DNA of 63,928 nt, counting the filler, from Cercozoa sp. M6MM (taxonomy: Eukaryota > Protista > Endomyxa: Ascetosporea): the NCBI GenBank assembly GCA_040357565.1. It is 4 parts of 4 records of this genome, joined end to end, with 100 filler letters (N's around TTAATTAATTAA, not from the genome) between each part and the next. Parts side by side here need not be neighbours in the genome. Positions count along the whole stretch, not along the records: positions 23,450 to 53,076 come from JBDODJ010000132.1; positions 53,177 to 59,940 come from JBDODJ010000697.1; positions 60,041 to 63,928 come from JBDODJ010001286.1; 1 more part is not named here. One strand, 5' to 3'. Made by a program: the position numbers and the translations under genes. This document shows positions 49,732 through 62,734 of the stretch, in pieces. Numbering within the stretch: position 1 is the first letter of the stretch; the number at the start of each line of letters is the position of its first letter. The notes under the pieces were generated by a model. That model did no database searches, was not told the origin of the DNA, and saw only the letters and a list, made by a program, of their open reading frames with translations.

Positions 49732-50671
49732 TTAGAAGAACGACGAGACCTCCTCGGTACCCAGGATGCGGAAACCTTGTTCGTCAACGACGCCGACCTC
49801 GACACTCTCGGCGTCGAGTGCGCCCTCACAGCCTTCGCGCAGGGAGGCGAGCGCCGAGGCGATCGTGTCGTCCTGCCACAAGCAAACACGCGTGGGTCAC
49901 ATTGAACACACACACACACACGCGCGCGCCCGCGTCGCACACAAGCGAATCCGTACCAGGTCAAGCTCCTCAGTGTATCTCTTCTCGAGGAAGGTTCGCG
50001 TGCTGGAGGAACCCTTGCCGATGGCGGTGGCCTTCCAGGCTTGGCAAGAGCCGGCCGGATCGATCAGGAACAAGTGGAAGCCGGTATGATCGTGGCCGCA
50101 CAACAGCACCGAGCAGCCGAACGGCCGCACACCGCCGGCCTGCGTAAACTCCTGCATCTTGTCGGCCGTGGCACGCGCCAGACGTCGCAGCGGCATATGC
50201 TCGCGGAACTGCAGGTAGTACTTTTGCGCCTCCTTGCGCATGCCTTTCAGCAGCACGCGGAAATCCTTCGGGCAAGCAACGCATATATATATATATATAT
50301 ATCTTAATATCAAGACTCAAGAGATCAAGAGGAAGCTATGCCGGTCAGGAGACAAGGGAGACATACCGTGCCCATGCCAGAGAAGGCGACACCGGCGGAA
50401 GGCGTGATTTCGTACACTTTCTGCACCGTCGTGATGTCGACGAGCGGCGTGTTCTGCCGCTTCTCAGACACGACGACGACGCCGCTCTTGGACTTAACAC
50501 CAAGCGACAGCTTGGCCTTGTTGATGCTGCAAGTTTGGTTGCACTCTCCAGTCAGAAAAACCACTAGAACATTGCTCGAACAAAGATACGATCATACCAA
50601 ACCATAGCGTTATCGATGGCGCCAAGTTTGCCGCTCGACGAGAACGTCGTCAGCGAGTAGGAAGCGCTCAT
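49732..50671 (-). CDS. PSMA2: 20S proteasome subunit alpha-2
   Basis: YSLTTFSSSGKL, FSGMG, MQEFTQAGGVRPFG, WKATAIGK and TFLEKRY motifs. Confidence 0.93.
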
Positions 50672-50999
50672 TTCTCTGTTCTTGTTGTTGCTGGACTGGG
50701 CGCTTTTTTAGCTCACACAAAATGCAAGCCAGGCTGAAAGAAGAACGTCACACAGCACGAAACAGCACAATGACGCGGCTAGAGAGCTGCACGGCGCTGT
50801 GGCAGCAAGAATTCGATTGCAATGCCCCCTTAATTATTACTTTGAAAATTCTTCACTGTCCGTGTCTGTTCTTCAAGTTTTTTGGTCTCTCAACGCGCAA
50901 ATGAGAACCTGGAACTATGGCTGGCAGTTGGGTGCAGAAGCTTATCGTTGTTGCGATATCAAAACCAATAAGTCACAAGCGATATCGGAATCAGTAAGT

Positions 51000-52975
51000 C
51001 ACAACAGGCCGAGCGTCTCATCTCAGCACGTCACAGCGACTGTCGCGTGTCCAGGTGAACAATTTCATCGTAGTGCGGCGGCGTCTCGGTGTCGATCATT
51101 GATTGAGATAAAACACGCTCCAACTGAGTTCGGTTAAAACGTACCAGACGTATCTGCGATCGTGTGCGGTTCTGACAGCTCAATCTCCGTGTCGTGTCGT
51201 AACAGGACCTGAAAACAAACACAGCATGCAACATAAACCTAGAAAAGTCCAGATGCCTGACACCCTTCTTCGGTGCTGCTGACGTTTCTTTTCGTACTTG
51301 AGGAGTTCCTTGCGTCGTCTACAAAGTGTCGACCGTCAACAAAGGCCCAGGAAGGAAGTAATGGAGGAGGCAGTACTTCGAGCGAGGCACAACAGCAGCA
51401 GTGCGCGCAAAGCCGGTTTGCCGATCGAGATTTTGAACGTGCTTGACCGACTGGACAGACACACACGCACAGGTAAACTGAACCAAGGGCACGTGCCTAG
51501 CAACAGGTACCTGCTGATGTTGCGTCCACCAATCACGTGGCACCTTGCTTCCGCAGACTGCAGAGCGTTGCACGCGTCCATACAATAGACCACACATGAA
51601 TCCGAGTGACAGAGTACCATCGCAGAACATGAGATCATCCTCTCTCGTATGTTCCGCATCGCTCTGCACCGAGAAGGCGGCACCGTAACCGTGCTTCCTA
51701 TGACACATGCACGAGTAGTGACGGTGCGACACGAGATCAGCAGGCGTGATCACTCAGTCTCAAACATGTGCATGTGGGTACCACTGGTCATGCAATACGT
51801 CTTGCTGCGGTCGCAGAATGTCCCAGTGTGTGCATCTGACACTGTATTACCAGAGGGGGGGGGGGCCCACCCCCCCCCCCGGGGGGGGGGGGTAAAGATA
51901 AACACAAACCTCATTAGTGTAACACCGAGTGCGAACACCACAACACTGCCGATCAAGTGCAGCACCGTCTGTCACACACACACACACCGTCATTGACTCA
52001 CCGTAGGGTCAGTCAGTAAAGGGTCAGTCAAGTCAGTAAAGTGTCAGTCTGAAAAAGTGTCAGTCAAAAAAGAAAGTACCACAGTGACATCGGCGATCTC
52101 GCTCTTCTGCACCACGATGGCGACGCCGTTCGTGTAGCACACTGTTCTGCGAGCAATGCCAACAGAAGTAAACAGGAGGGTGCCGGGGGGGGGGGGTAGG
52201 ACAAACACACAGCCACAAGCCAGCGCGCACGCAGTTGGCCTTGAGAAAGTGGTAAGGCGGTCGCCACAGGCAGCCCTATCCAGTTCAAATGGACGGCACA
52301 GTACGACCACTCGAGAGACTGCTTAAGGGTGCAGACGTGTGTACCAGCAGCATGAGCAGCGAGGCACTCAGCAAGAAGGCACTGACACCGACGTCCTTGT
52401 TGACTGCCGAGGCACTGTTGTTCTCCTCTTCCGAGGTACTGCCCAGCAGCACGGACAGTGCCACCATGGCGATCTTGAGTGTCAGCTCGGCGCGTGCCAG
52501 TGACACATCTCTCTGCGCGTTGGTATAGAAAGGGTAGGAAGGTTAAGGACGGACAAAGGGAGAGGGTAAAGGGAGGGTAACAGGGGTAACAGGGTAGAGA
52601 GAGAAGGGGGAAGGGGATAAGGATGGTGAGGGAGTAAAGTGGTAAGGCGGTAAAGGGACAATGTGCTGGTGGGGGGGGGGGGGGCAAAGTTGAAACATAC
52701 CAAAGACAGCGCGTGTCGGCGTCGAAGGTCGGCCTTGTCCAGTTTCCACGAGGTGCGAAAGTAGTGCGCCACACGAGTCAAATCGCCGCCCAGGGGAGCC
52801 TATTGATGATACCTCTCACTCAGTGACCATGTGACCACTCAGCAGCGATCAGTAGCGATCACTCGGTGATCACGTGTGATGTCGGAAGGCGGTACCATGC
52901 GGTAGGCCAGCAGCAGGAGCCATACGAGCCAGATCGACGACAGAACCGTCAGAGCAGTGACGGTGCCGCCACCTG
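51000..52975 (-). CDS. Hypothetical multi-pass membrane protein, 5'-partial
   Basis: Several hydrophobic exons (LSSIWLVWLLLLAY, KIAMVALSVLLG, LIGSVVVFALGV) separated by repeat-rich introns; 3' end uncertain. Confidence 0.5.
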
Positions 52976-53029
52976 CACAGGAACCGTCAGTCAGAGTCAC
53001 ACAGTCAGACACATCACCATCATCTCACT

Positions 53030-53076
<47 letters not shown>

Positions 53077-53176
53077 NNNNNNNNNNNNNNNNNNNNNNNN
53101 NNNNNNNNNNNNNNNNNNNNTTAATTAATTAANNNNNNNNNNNNNNNNNNNNNNNNNNNNNNNNNNNNNNNNNNNN
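53077..53176. other. Artificial contig-join spacer, flanked by (CA)n arrays
   Basis: N44-TTAATTAATTAA-N44; (CA)n at 53031-53076 and 53178-53343. Confidence 0.95.
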
Positions 53177-53347
<171 letters not shown>

Positions 53348-53890
53348 GCACATACAATGATTGTGTCTTAGGGACCTCCGTGGACAAACGAAGAGGTCGT
53401 TGCTCTCATCCGAGGTATCTCTTGCATGTTTGTGCATGATATTTAGATCCATCTATCGGTATCTATGATATATAAATGTATGGATGTCTTCCAAGATACG
53501 ATTTTATCTCTCATTTGGGTCGACCATTGTTACACAAAATCTGCCATTTTGGCTTTTCTAAGAGGTGTACGGACGTTTTTTTTTCAAGATTAGAACGCCT
53601 GCCAGTAAAAATGCTGTAGATCGATCACATGGCCGATGGAGATATCGCTTGATTGAATGGGTACAACCAACTTGCCATGACGAGTAAGTTACTTGAGGCT
53701 ACTTTCCCTTAATTTACTTGCTTGCCAGTGTATCGCAACGCGTCAGTGCCCTTCTTGAGGAATCTGAGTTCCCTTAATTTACTTGCTTGGGCTTTCTTTG
53801 CTTTCCGCGACGAACACTCACGGACTTTAACTCAACGTGCTGAACTGCAAGTTCAGTTGCACTTTTTCAGTATTGTAAACGTAAATTTAG

Positions 53891-54677
53891 ATGGCTGAGG
53901 GCTGTGTGTACACCGAGAATGAGGTACTTTTCTGAGGGTATGGCGCATTAAATTTGTTTGTTTTTTTTTCATTGAGTATCGGTCCTGCGTGCTTCATGGC
54001 AGATCCAACAAGTGAAGACCTTGGCGGGAGAGCGCTCGCAAGTGACCGTGCAAACGATGCAGCGTCTAGTTAACTTTGCGCACTGGGCGCATGTTGATGA
54101 AAACCTGCAACGCCCTGAGGTCAAGAACGCTTATCGCGAGACAATCCTCGCTTTACACGCGATCCTCAGCGACTGGGCTGATGCGGTACAAGCAGCAGAG
54201 CGTGACCAAAGTGACATTCGCGCCCGCGAGCGGCAGCAAGGCACATGTTTCTCCCAAGCAAGCACTGAGTTGAAAGTTGCGGTTTTGAACGCGGTGGTAT
54301 TTAAGCTGTCTTTTCGTTGTGACTTGTGTTGTCATAATTGCACTTTCGAATGCAACTCGAAATTACTCGCAGACGTACGCTAACGCTTCGAACAAACTTG
54401 GCACCAAGATCCCCTTCGCAGCGGTTTGTCTTGCGTTTTCTTCAAACTTCAATTGTTGAATTCGACGAGTTTTGTGGTTGCGCAGGCCTTGGCTTGGACA
54501 CGAATCGAAACCCCTGAGGTTGCCATTCAAGGACTGGTGGATTTCATCATCGCGTACAAGCAGGAGCCTGCTTATAACGACGAATGCGGCAGCATTGTCA
54601 TCGTAACTCTTCGCACCCTCCAGCTAACACGGGATCAGCGCAACCAGCTAGAATCCGCACGCGTGCGCGAGTTCTAG
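53891..54677 (+). CDS. Hypothetical helical protein (about 4 exons)
   Basis: MAEGCVYTENE|IQQVKTLAG...|...ALAWTRIETPEVAIQGLVDF...REF* joined by GT-AG introns. Confidence 0.55.
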
Positions 54678-54859
54678 TTCTAGATCACATGGCGTCCTGC
54701 TGTCCGTATGTTTATGCGGACCCACAGCGGTTTAGAGTATTACTCTGCAGTTCTGTTTAAGATCTGTACGACAAGTCTCGGAAGATAGTGGGAATATAAG
54801 TTATAAACTTAAGTGTAATTTAAATATATTTTATACAGTTTTAAATATAAGTTTATATA

Positions 54860-54899
<40 letters not shown>

Positions 54900-54974
54900 T
54901 AGATATAGGAATGTATGTATAGGTAAATAGAGGAGCGGGAGGGTACGGACCACCGCTGCAGAGGTGGACGTAGC

Positions 54975-55439
54975 TCACGCCTGCGCAAGTAGCGCGCTTA
55001 CACGATCACAAAGTCCGCTTGCACGAAGGACTACGCACACCGTTCTTGGAGAAGCGAATTGTGTTTGCACCTTCAAAGCGATCTTCGGCGGTGCCACGCA
55101 TATCACAATGAAACCGACTCTGCTTCGGTACCCCAACTGAAAGCGGGTCGCTTCATTGACCTCGATGTCCTTCACGAGAACGAAGAAGTCGTCTACGTTC
55201 AGCCGATCTGCTAGCATGTCGGAGCGCGAGGACCTTGGCGAACTTAAACATCACTACCAACAGGGACGGTCCGAGACTAACCGAAACAAAGTTGTCATTT
55301 GGGCGCGCTTCGATGCCGCACAAACGTGTTCCAGTTCGAGTAGGTCGTGAATAGAAAAACTGGAACTGCTCGCAAACCATTGCGTACTTAGACATAGCTG
55401 CCACCACAACCAGAACGAAATTCTGTCACCGTTGAGCAT
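54975..55439 (-). CDS. Hypothetical protein
   Basis: Two same-frame ORFs separated by an intron-sized segment containing stops. Confidence 0.3.
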
Positions 55440-56448
55440 GTTAGACTGAAGAAGAGTCAGACCGGGACGGACCGAGGAGCGGCGCTGTTCAAGCGAGCTT
55501 GCTGGTGTTGAATGTTGCCTGGCTTATCGCCCTGCAAGACTCCCCACCGAGCGCCGCAAGCTGTGGAGTGATCAGTGCACCCAAACAGGGCAACGCTGAC
55601 GTCCGCAAGCGAAACGTTTTTTTTTTTGCTGCTTAGATTAGTGACACTGTGTCGTTTACCGGCATCTTGGTCAGTTTTACTTTCGGGGTGTTTAAGTTGT
55701 ACTGTCCTCTCTTGTTTGCGCAGGCAAGTGTCCCCGTGATGCTTGCTCCCATGATGCTATGTTTTCTGGCGGCTGATGCGGAAGCTGTGCGGCGGTACCC
55801 AGCAAACACAAAGGCCTTGATGCAATTCCAGGAATGGACACGGTCAGTTCAAACTTACATGGTGGAATCAGCAGTGCGATGTCGGGATGGCGTTCACGCT
55901 CAAGAGGTCGTCGCCTCTTGTTTGTTGCTGTCTTTTTTGAGACCGATTGAGTTTTGTAGCACTGCGCAGGTGGTCGTGGACGCTGTCGTGGCACACGCCC
56001 TAGGCGCTCCAACGCCAAGAACTGACGCAGATTGACGTCGTTTCTGTGCGATGGTAGCACCGAACGTATTTCAGCAATTCGATTTGCCGGTAATTTATGG
56101 AAACATAATGAAATACCCCTAGGTAATTAAGTAATTAATTGGAAATCACCAGGAAATTAATCGGAAATAAGTCAGCAACAGAACCAGTGATTACCTGGAA
56201 ACGACCGGCACTGGGTTCTAGGGATGCAACAAGCCTTCCGCGGGCTTGAACGCCCAAAGTGAACTAGTACTGAACGTTTACGTGCTAGGAAAAGTATTAA
56301 GTTGTCGTTGTGAGTCGGGCCCATCGCAGCGTTTCTCCACACTTGAAGGGGAGTGACAGATAAAACTACAGCTCGTGCTGATCCGTGCCGGACTAAAAGC
56401 CTAGCACGTGTCGGAGCACTAGTGCTTGCACCAAAATCTGTTTTCAGG

Positions 56449-58341
56449 ATGGAGGAGGTCGGAGCGCAGCACGGACTTGAGGAGCTGCAACAAGCCTTTC
56501 GCGGGCTTGAAGCGACACGACGTACGTTCGCCGATGAGTGCGGCCATGCCATTCGTGCTCACAGGCAGAAAATCGAAAAGTTGAAGCAAGATAACGCACG
56601 CATACGCGAAGAACTCGCTTTGGAGACATCACATTGCTTGCACTCATCGAAATCTCGCACAAAGCGCAAGCAGAATCGAGACCAGAGCGACGGTGACATT
56701 TATCAGCGGAAGGTTTCGATCGAAAAGGAGAAGATTGCGACGCTTGACACAGAAATTGAGCAACTGAGAGCAAAAATTCTCGAGCAACGAAAGAAAATGG
56801 GCGGAGTTGATGCAACCAGTGACTCGAACAAGCAGGTGCTGCTCCAGATTCGTCTTCTTGAAAACCGACTGGAGCGAGCACTCACCAAGTACAACGAAGC
56901 GCTTGGTCAGAACAAGAAGCTGCGCGAAACTATCGACAACCTCAGACGCGAACGCGCAGTTTTTGACGGAATCTATGCAAAATTGAATGATGAGCTTCAA
57001 GAGAAGAAACGGAAGATGGGTATCCCGCTCCAAGTAACTTGAAAAACTAGAGTTCACGAGTGTACCTGTAGTCGAATTGGTCGACATAACCTCGGCTGCG
57101 TACGAAGCGAGGAAAGCCGCAGTGCAGGAGATGGCGACGCTGAAGGCAAAGTGCGACGCGGAACAGGCAGCGTTTGAAAAGGAGTGGGCGAAACTCACTG
57201 CTGGGATTGAAAAGAATCGCAAGCTCCGCGAGTTTATCACTGCGAAAAGGCAAGAACATCGCAAGGAAGCCGCAGTGTTGGCCCGGTCAGAACGAGCCAA
57301 AAACGTCGCACAAACCCGAAAGTCTGCATCACAGTTGCAGGTTGCCGCCAAAGACGTCTCTGTCGGAGCATGGGCTGCCCTCAACGACAGGCGAAAAGCA
57401 GACATTCTTGAAGAAAGGATCAAAACATTTGAAGACGCCTTCAAAAAACTCGAAGAAGAAATCGGAACAAGCGACCCGAAAGAGCTCAGTCGCATTTTCG
57501 AGCAACGAGAGGAAGAAAACTTTGCTCTATTCTGTCAAGTTGGCGAGGTCAGACGTGAAGTCGAGTTTGCAGAAGACAGAGTCAAGCTGCTGGAGCGACA
57601 GATAGAAGCCCACTTTGAAGCTTTGCGAGAGGCAGGTGCCCTCGCGAAGGAGCCCGGAGAAAGCAAAAAACCTATGAAAGAAAAGAAGAAGGAGTTCCGA
57701 GGAGAGACAGAAGAGGAGCCACCCCAGCGTGAGCCAGAAGCGCGGGAGAAGAGACCAAGTCCGGGAATGTGGGGCAATCGTGCGCGAGTCCTCAGCTGCC
57801 TTGAAAAGCAAACGAAAGATCTCCGTCGAAAAATCCAGGCGGAGGAAAAAACGAAGCGCGCGCTGGAACAGGAGATGGGCCGCGTAAAAGAAGGAGTAGC
57901 GAAATTGCTCGAAGTGGTCTACTCCCCGGATGAAGCAAAGACCATGATTGGTGCTGGAGTGGATGACTCGAATGTCATGGACCTACTCGCTCGCGTAGAA
58001 CAAACCGTGTTCGCAAGAACAAGCAAGAAAAGCACTCCGCCGCCACCTCAACTCGCACCTCCTACCACCAGCTCTCGTGAGAGCAGCGAAGCGCTCAAGA
58101 GCGACACCGAAAGCATGCAACCACAACCTTTTGATGTTGGGGACATCGAACGAGCAATTTCTGCAGCCGGACCATCTGTACGAAAACTGTCTATTTTCTT
58201 TAGCGTGATGTCATTGCGGCTGTGTAGAGCACCGCCGAGCTCAGTGATGAAGAGTCAGCAGCGTCTCCGGAGCTCATCTTGGAGCAGCTGCCGTCTTCCA
58301 ACTTTAACGTCCCATCAGTGTTGGACAATGTGGCTAGTTAA
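56449..58341 (+). CDS. ODAD1: Outer dynein arm docking complex subunit (ODAD1/CCDC114, DC2 family)
   Basis: RKKMGGV, QIRLLENRL, YNEAL..NKKLRETIDNLRRERAVF, AYEAR and FEQREEENFALF motifs. Confidence 0.88.
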
Positions 58342-58370
58342 ATTTAACTATCGTCGCGAAGACCTGATAT

Positions 58371-58452
58371 GTCCCACCCCGACCCCAGCCCAGGGGAACT
58401 CGACCACACATGATAGTAGGTTTCTTAGTAGCTAGACAGCGCAGAACTAACT
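58371..58452 (+). mobile_element. 3'-fragment copy E of the 3'-spacer element
   Basis: CCCACCCC...CAGGGGAACT...ATAGTAGGTTTCTTAGTAG...AACTAACT resembles the 3' third of copy A. Confidence 0.55.
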
Positions 58453-58466
58453 CGATCATACGCTGA

Positions 58467-59895
58467 TCATCTAGAAGCGAAAGGCCGCACGGTACGATCG
58501 AAGAGATCGCGGCGCTCGGAGGAAGCGGCGGCGGTGGCCAGTCGGAAGCGACGGCACGCGGCGTCGATCTCGGCGGCGACGGCGCGACGCAGCTTGAGTC
58601 CCGTGGAGCGCAGCAGGTCGCTGTGGCACTCGTCAAAGACGCGCGACAGCACGCGCTGGTTGGCGTGCCAGTCGTCCTGCGTGACTCGCAGACACTCGCA
58701 CATGACGTCGATGGCCTCGTTGGCCTCGCTCTCGGTGACCTCGCTGGAGTCTATGCGTGCAGTAGTATATATGCATACAGAATATGCACTCACGGTATAT
58801 ACATACAGGGTATATACATACAGGGTATATACATACAGGGTATATACATACAGGGTATACACATACAGGGTATATACATACAGGGTATATACATACAGCG
58901 TATACGCATACACGGGATATATATACAGGGCAAAGCAGGGTATATGCATACAGACATCTGCATACAATCTACCATGCTGTGCCATCCAATTAAGCATGGG
59001 CGCAATCACTGTGGTCACTTGTTGTGCCTGTGCATGTTAGTATTACACACAGTACTAAAAGAGTACAAGGGGGCGGGAGGGTACCACAATGTCCTTGGAG
59101 AGTCGAGCAATCTCGTTGGACAGTGCCGTGAGGTCGCGGAGACTTCCTTGCTGTATGCGAAACTAGAGTACGATGAGGCAGAGGACAAGGGTATACCTCG
59201 ATGGCACTATGAAGAACATGCTCGATCCGACGCAACTCGGGTCGACGCGACAGCAGGAGTTCCCTGACGCCGTCGACAATGAGGTTCCAGTGCACAGTGG
59301 GTGTCTCACTGGCAGACTCGGTGTCACTCCCAGCGTCGAGTGCGAACGGCAACAACTGCGCCTGGAGCACACTCAGCTGGTGCAGCTGCAGGCACCGACT
59401 GCCATGTGCACCCAGCAGGGTCGCCTCCACTCGCACGCCCAGTTTCGCCAGTGCTTGCATCGCGTGTGTTACCGCATCCAGCGCTATGTGCTGCCCGGGG
59501 GTAGAGGGGTAGAGGGGTAGGGGGTAGGGGTAGAGGGGTAGAGGGTAGGGTGTAGGAGGTAGAGGAGTATCTAGATGGTAAGGGGTAGGGGTAGGGGTAG
59601 GGGTAGGGAGTAGAGGGGTGGAGGTATGGGTAGGAGTAGGGGTAGGGGTAGGGGTAGGGGTAGGGGTAGAGAGGTAGGGGGTAGGGGGTAGGGGTAGGGG
59701 TAGAGAGGTAGGGGGTAGGGGGTATGGGTAGGGGCAGAGAGGTAGTACACGGAAGACAACAGGTGCCAGAGCCGAATGCAGCTGCGGCAACAAGTTCAAA
59801 ATCGCCGCCAAAGGACGCGTTTGGCGCCACAATTCGACACTTTCGCCGTCGTCGTTTGCGAGCCAGTTTTGCACCATTTCTCGGTCTTTCTCTAG
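58467..59895 (-). CDS. Hypothetical alpha-helical (HEAT-like) protein, 5'-partial
   Basis: Leu/Ala-rich exons separated by minisatellite introns. Confidence 0.5.
58795..58930. repeat. Intronic 15-nt minisatellite (TATATACATACAGGG)n
   Basis: About 9 degenerate copies directly visible. Confidence 0.9.
59497..59745. repeat. Intronic (GGGGTA)n G-rich array
   Basis: Directly visible; bounded by minus-strand GT...AG. Confidence 0.9.
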
Positions 59896-59940
59896 GGCGG
59901 TAAGAAGGGGGTAAGAGGGTAGGAGTAAGGGGAGGGGGGG

Positions 59941-60040
59941 NNNNNNNNNNNNNNNNNNNNNNNNNNNNNNNNNNNNNNNNNNNNTTAATTAATTAANNNN
60001 NNNNNNNNNNNNNNNNNNNNNNNNNNNNNNNNNNNNNNNN
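59941..60040. other. Artificial contig-join spacer
   Basis: N44-TTAATTAATTAA-N44. Confidence 0.95.
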
Positions 60041-60189
60041 TGTTACCCCTTAATACCGCTATTATCCCGTTTGCCCCTTTTACCCTCCATGACCCCCTGT
60101 GACCCTCTGTGACCCCCTGTGACCCCTGTGACCCTCTGTGACCCCCTGTGACCCCCTGCGACCCTCTGTGACCCCTTGTGACCCGGCAG

Positions 60190-62102
60190 GTGTTCTACAT
60201 GGTGCTGCGCGCACTCGACTCGATCGAGGACGACATGAAGGTCGACACGCAGCGCAAAGTGCACCTGCTGCGCTGCTTCCACGAGCAGCACACGCCAGAA
60301 GGCCTGCAGGTAGGTTTTCTTGTATCACCTTGACCCCTTGTACCGCTAGTGTTCTTGACAGGTCGACCTGTCGGGCATTGGCGAGAACGCAACAGAGGAG
60401 GCACTGCTGACTGACTACTCCAAGGTGCCCCTCTGTGCCCATAGACTTACTTAGATACCCATATGCACATGTACCCATATACCGTATGCTCATATACCTT
60501 ATAACCATAGCCATATAGTCATCTACCCATCTACCCATATGCCCATCTGCCCATACCATCTGCCCATAGGTCATTGAGTTCTTCAACTCGCTCAAGGAGG
60601 AGTTCCGCAACACGATCTCCGATGTAGCAATCTTTCTCTGTATTTGTATACTGTGTCTTTGTATACTGTGGGGAGGAGGGTGTATGTGTACACAGGTGTG
60701 CAAGAAGATGGGCGAGGGCATGGCCATGTACCAGGAGAAGGAGGAGCGCAGCAGCGATGGCTGCGACACGGTGGAGGCTTACGACACGTACTGTCACTAC
60801 GTCGCCGGTCTGGTACATTTGGACTGTACACTTGGACTGTACACTTGTACACTTGGACTGTACACGTACAATTGTACTGTACACTGTACATTTAAACCGA
60901 ACGTGTGAACTGGACCAATTGATAGGTCGGCTACGGTCTGTCGGACCTCTTCGCGTACAGTGGCTTCGAGGACAAGGAGTTCCTGCAGTACTACTTGCCC
61001 CCCCCCACCCCGTTGCCCTCCTGCCCCGCGTTACCCCCTGTTGGTAGACTCAAGACGCTGAGCAACTCGATGGGCCTCTTCCTCCAGAAGACGAACATCA
61101 TTCGCGACTACCTGGAGGACCTGCAGGGCGGCCGCACCTTCTGGCCGGCCGAGATCTGGCAGGTACGAGGGTCGTCCCCCTTAATTAAGCCTCTGCCCCC
61201 TTAATTAAGTCCCCTTAATTAAGTCTCCTGTGTGTACAGCAATACGCCGATGAGCTCGGCTTCTTTGCCGCGAACCCTGAGTCGCCGCAGAGTGTGCAGG
61301 TACTTGCTTGTAGCCATGTGTGTGCGCACCCTTAACTACTGTCTCCTTGACAGTGTCTGAACCACTTGGTTCGCGATGCGCTGCGTCACTCGCTGCACAC
61401 TCTCGAGGTACGCCTTACCTCGTTTTACCCCCTTTACCATTTACCCCCCCCTTTAACAATTTCCCCCCTTTTCCCCGTTTACCCCCCCCCCGCAGTACTT
61501 GGGCAAGCTGCGCAACGCTGGCGTGTTCAAGTTCTGCGCCGTACCGCAGGTACTTACTGCCTGCCCAGCTTGTTCGTGTGTGCGGCAGTACTAGGTACGA
61601 AATATCCTGGTATGTCTCCCTCTCTACTGTAGGCCATGGCCATGGGCACACTGTGCGAACTGTACGGCAACAAGCACGTGTTCCGCGGTGTCGTCAAGAT
61701 GCGCAAGGGCCTGTCGGCGCTCGTGATGACGACGTGCGACACCTACAGCGACCTGTGTCGTTTCTACTCGCAGTTCATCGAGGTCATTGGTGCCAAGGCC
61801 GCCGCTGCTGGCGACTACGAGTACCGTCCTGCATACCTGGCCTACCATTGGTCTACCCTTGGCCTACCCGTGTACCCCTACCCTGATACCCCTGTAGCAC
61901 GCTGCTGCTGGTGGACCAAGTGCGCGCGCGCGTCAACTTTGCGCTGAGCACGCCGCGCAAGAGCGTGTGGCCCGCCATGCTTGGAGTACACCCTGCCTCC
62001 CATCTCTTGTTGTCCGTTTATGTATCTCTTGGGCTATATGTGAGCAGCTTCACATGCTCGCCATTGGTGGCTACATTGCTCTCAACCACGGCCGACGGTT
62101 GA
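60190..62102 (+). CDS. FDFT1: Squalene synthase (farnesyl-diphosphate farnesyltransferase), 5'-partial
   Basis: [23 protein letters not shown]|[27 protein letters not shown]|AMA and GVVKMRKG motifs; hydrophobic C-terminal anchor. Confidence 0.96.
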
Positions 62103-62734
62103 CCGGCAACTGCAACACTGTTGCCAAGTAACCGCCCAAAACCGACTGCGATCGGATAGGGAAATTTTCGCTGGACTTCTTGCGCTGAATTAACCACGTT
62201 GTTTCGTTACTACACTCACATTTAAATGATAGTGCACTTAGCCGGTCTCTGGTAGCGGTGTAGCACCGCTGCTTTTCTTTTATTTTGTATTTCAGTCCAG
62301 ACGGACAAGTTTTTGGACCATTCTCAGAGAGACTAGTTTCGCGGCCAGGGTGTGTGTGTAGCGTGTGCCACATTTTGAGCTATCCTGCTGACAGTGTTTT
62401 AGTGGCCGGTCAGCGTACTGGCGCACGAATTCTGGTGCCAAGTCATTCAATGAAATTGTTGATCGAATTCACCTGTTGTCTGGCGCAGTCGTGGATGAGC
62501 TTGTCGCATCTGCCGGTGGTGGAGGTGTCTGACGATGATTCGCAGCAGTCTGACAGTGTAAGAAGCAGATCAGCGTGCAGTTTCTTTCGTCGCATTGGTT
62601 GTTTTGCAGGACCTGTTCGGTTTCGATGATGATGAAGCGACCAGTGGCAGGTAGTTGAAAGAAATGCAGCTTTATGAGTGTGTGCCGAACACGTTGTGCT
62701 TTGAGAGTGCAGCACTGCGCAACCGCCGACGGGC

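Noticed and set aside
53704-53789. 21-nt direct repeat TTCCCTTAATTTACTTGCTTG as CRISPR-like (also the short tandem duplication at 49541-49573)
   Set aside because: Only two copies, eukaryotic context and no cas genes; simple local duplications.
58623-59267. Repeat-peptide ORFs (IYIQG, YTYRV) and poly-CV/HT/ER ORFs throughout
   Set aside because: Translations of intronic mini- and microsatellites.
59497-59745. (GGGGTA)n as a telomere
   Set aside because: Degenerate, bounded by GT-AG and flanked by coding exons; similar tracts occur in other introns.
61177-61223. TTAATTAA repeats as linker contamination
   Set aside because: Part of a natural CCCCTTAATTAAG intronic repeat with no Ns.
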